From Euprymna scolopes (taxonomy: Eukaryota), in assembly GCA_053919585.1 (NCBI GenBank), contig CM132790.1: a DNA stretch of 64,000 nt; one strand, 5' to 3'. The notes below the pieces were generated by a model. It ran no database searches, was not told the DNA's origin, and saw only the letters and a program-made list of their open reading frames with translations. Within the stretch, counting starts at the first letter, position 1; every line of letters starts with the position of its first letter. A program made the position numbers and the translations under genes. This document shows positions 63,113 to 64,000 of the stretch, piece by piece.

Positions 63113-63390
63113 TCACATTATTTGGATTCTTTGGACTATTGTTCTCATCTTGAGTGCTATTTTTTACAACGTTTGTTGATGTAACCTTCGATCTTCTTCA
63201 GGTGAATCTTGTCAAACTTGGAATCTGCACAGAATTTAAATAAGCCCTTTATAAATAAAGGGTAACATGACAAGGTAACATGACAAGACTCCCAAGTTGA
63301 ACAAGAAGAATATCAGAGGTTACATCGATTAAAATGTGTGAAAATAACAAATCAAGATGAAAACGGTAGTCGGAATAATCCAAATAATCT
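63113..63390. repeat. Inverted pair of Penelope-like terminal repeats
   Basis: Minus-strand copy (cacctgaagaagatcgaaggttacatcaacaaacgttg...aagatgagaacaatagtcc) and a divergent plus-strand copy from about 63300. Confidence 0.6.
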
Positions 63391-64000
63391 CTTTTGTCAT
63401 TCATTATCAACATCTGTTGCCCGTGTTTTGAAAAAAAAAAATCTTTTATATGTATTTAGTTTGCTCACTAGTTTTGTCTTGCTTACTAGTGTCAGAGAAT
63501 GGTGGGGGAGGGCATAACCCTCTCACTCTTTCAAGTTCTTGCCTTGTTAACCACTTCACAGGGCGCTATTTTTATTACATATTTCATTCCATATTCATTT
63601 GTCAAAACTAATACAGATGGACATTTCCATAAGTTTTCAGAATTCATAATGCTTTTCTTAAATAATTACTTACCATAAAGCAGTTACCAATCATATAATT
63701 TTGATTTAAAAAAAAAAAAAAAAAAAAATTTATTCTTAAATACACCTTACATATCAGATTTTCCCTGCTTGTATGCCTCCATGTTTGCATACATTTCAGT
63801 ATTTTTGTGATATGCAATTATTAAACTAAATCTGTGTGTATTACAGATTAAAAACATTACATTCTTTCAATACCTGATTATCATTAGTAACCATTTAAAC
63901 TTCAAATAACAATCTTCATTACTAAAATCATGCATTTAATTCAATATTCTACATTAAAACATTCCTTTGGATTCATACAGATGATCACTCATATTCCTTT

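Overview
AT-rich, intron- or intergenic-like eukaryotic DNA. The SINE, Tx1, Penelope and microsatellite content resembles an octopod cephalopod, but that assignment is my inference. There is no intact long gene. The giant ORFs at 17.6-26.3 kb are artefacts of a gapped 8.3-kb (CT)n compound satellite, and the only host-gene candidates are a putative first coding exon at 14461-14534 and a weak 42-nt micro-exon at 2147-2188. The window holds decayed Tc1 and mariner transposons, non-autonomous Helitrons, MITE/foldback elements, RTE, Penelope and Tx1 retroelement remnants, and a SINE. The main finding is a dispersed family of about 180-225 nt (five bodies in two subfamilies, plus one isolated head) whose 5' end is U2 snRNA sequence. 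In these elements the U2 branch-point recognition sequence is locked in a new hairpin, an Sm-like site lies between stem-loops, and the 3' domain shows compensatory base changes. One copy is split inside its U2 head by a 5'-truncated Tx1-clade LINE. This suggests a U2-headed SINE together with a possibly U2-targeting LINE.
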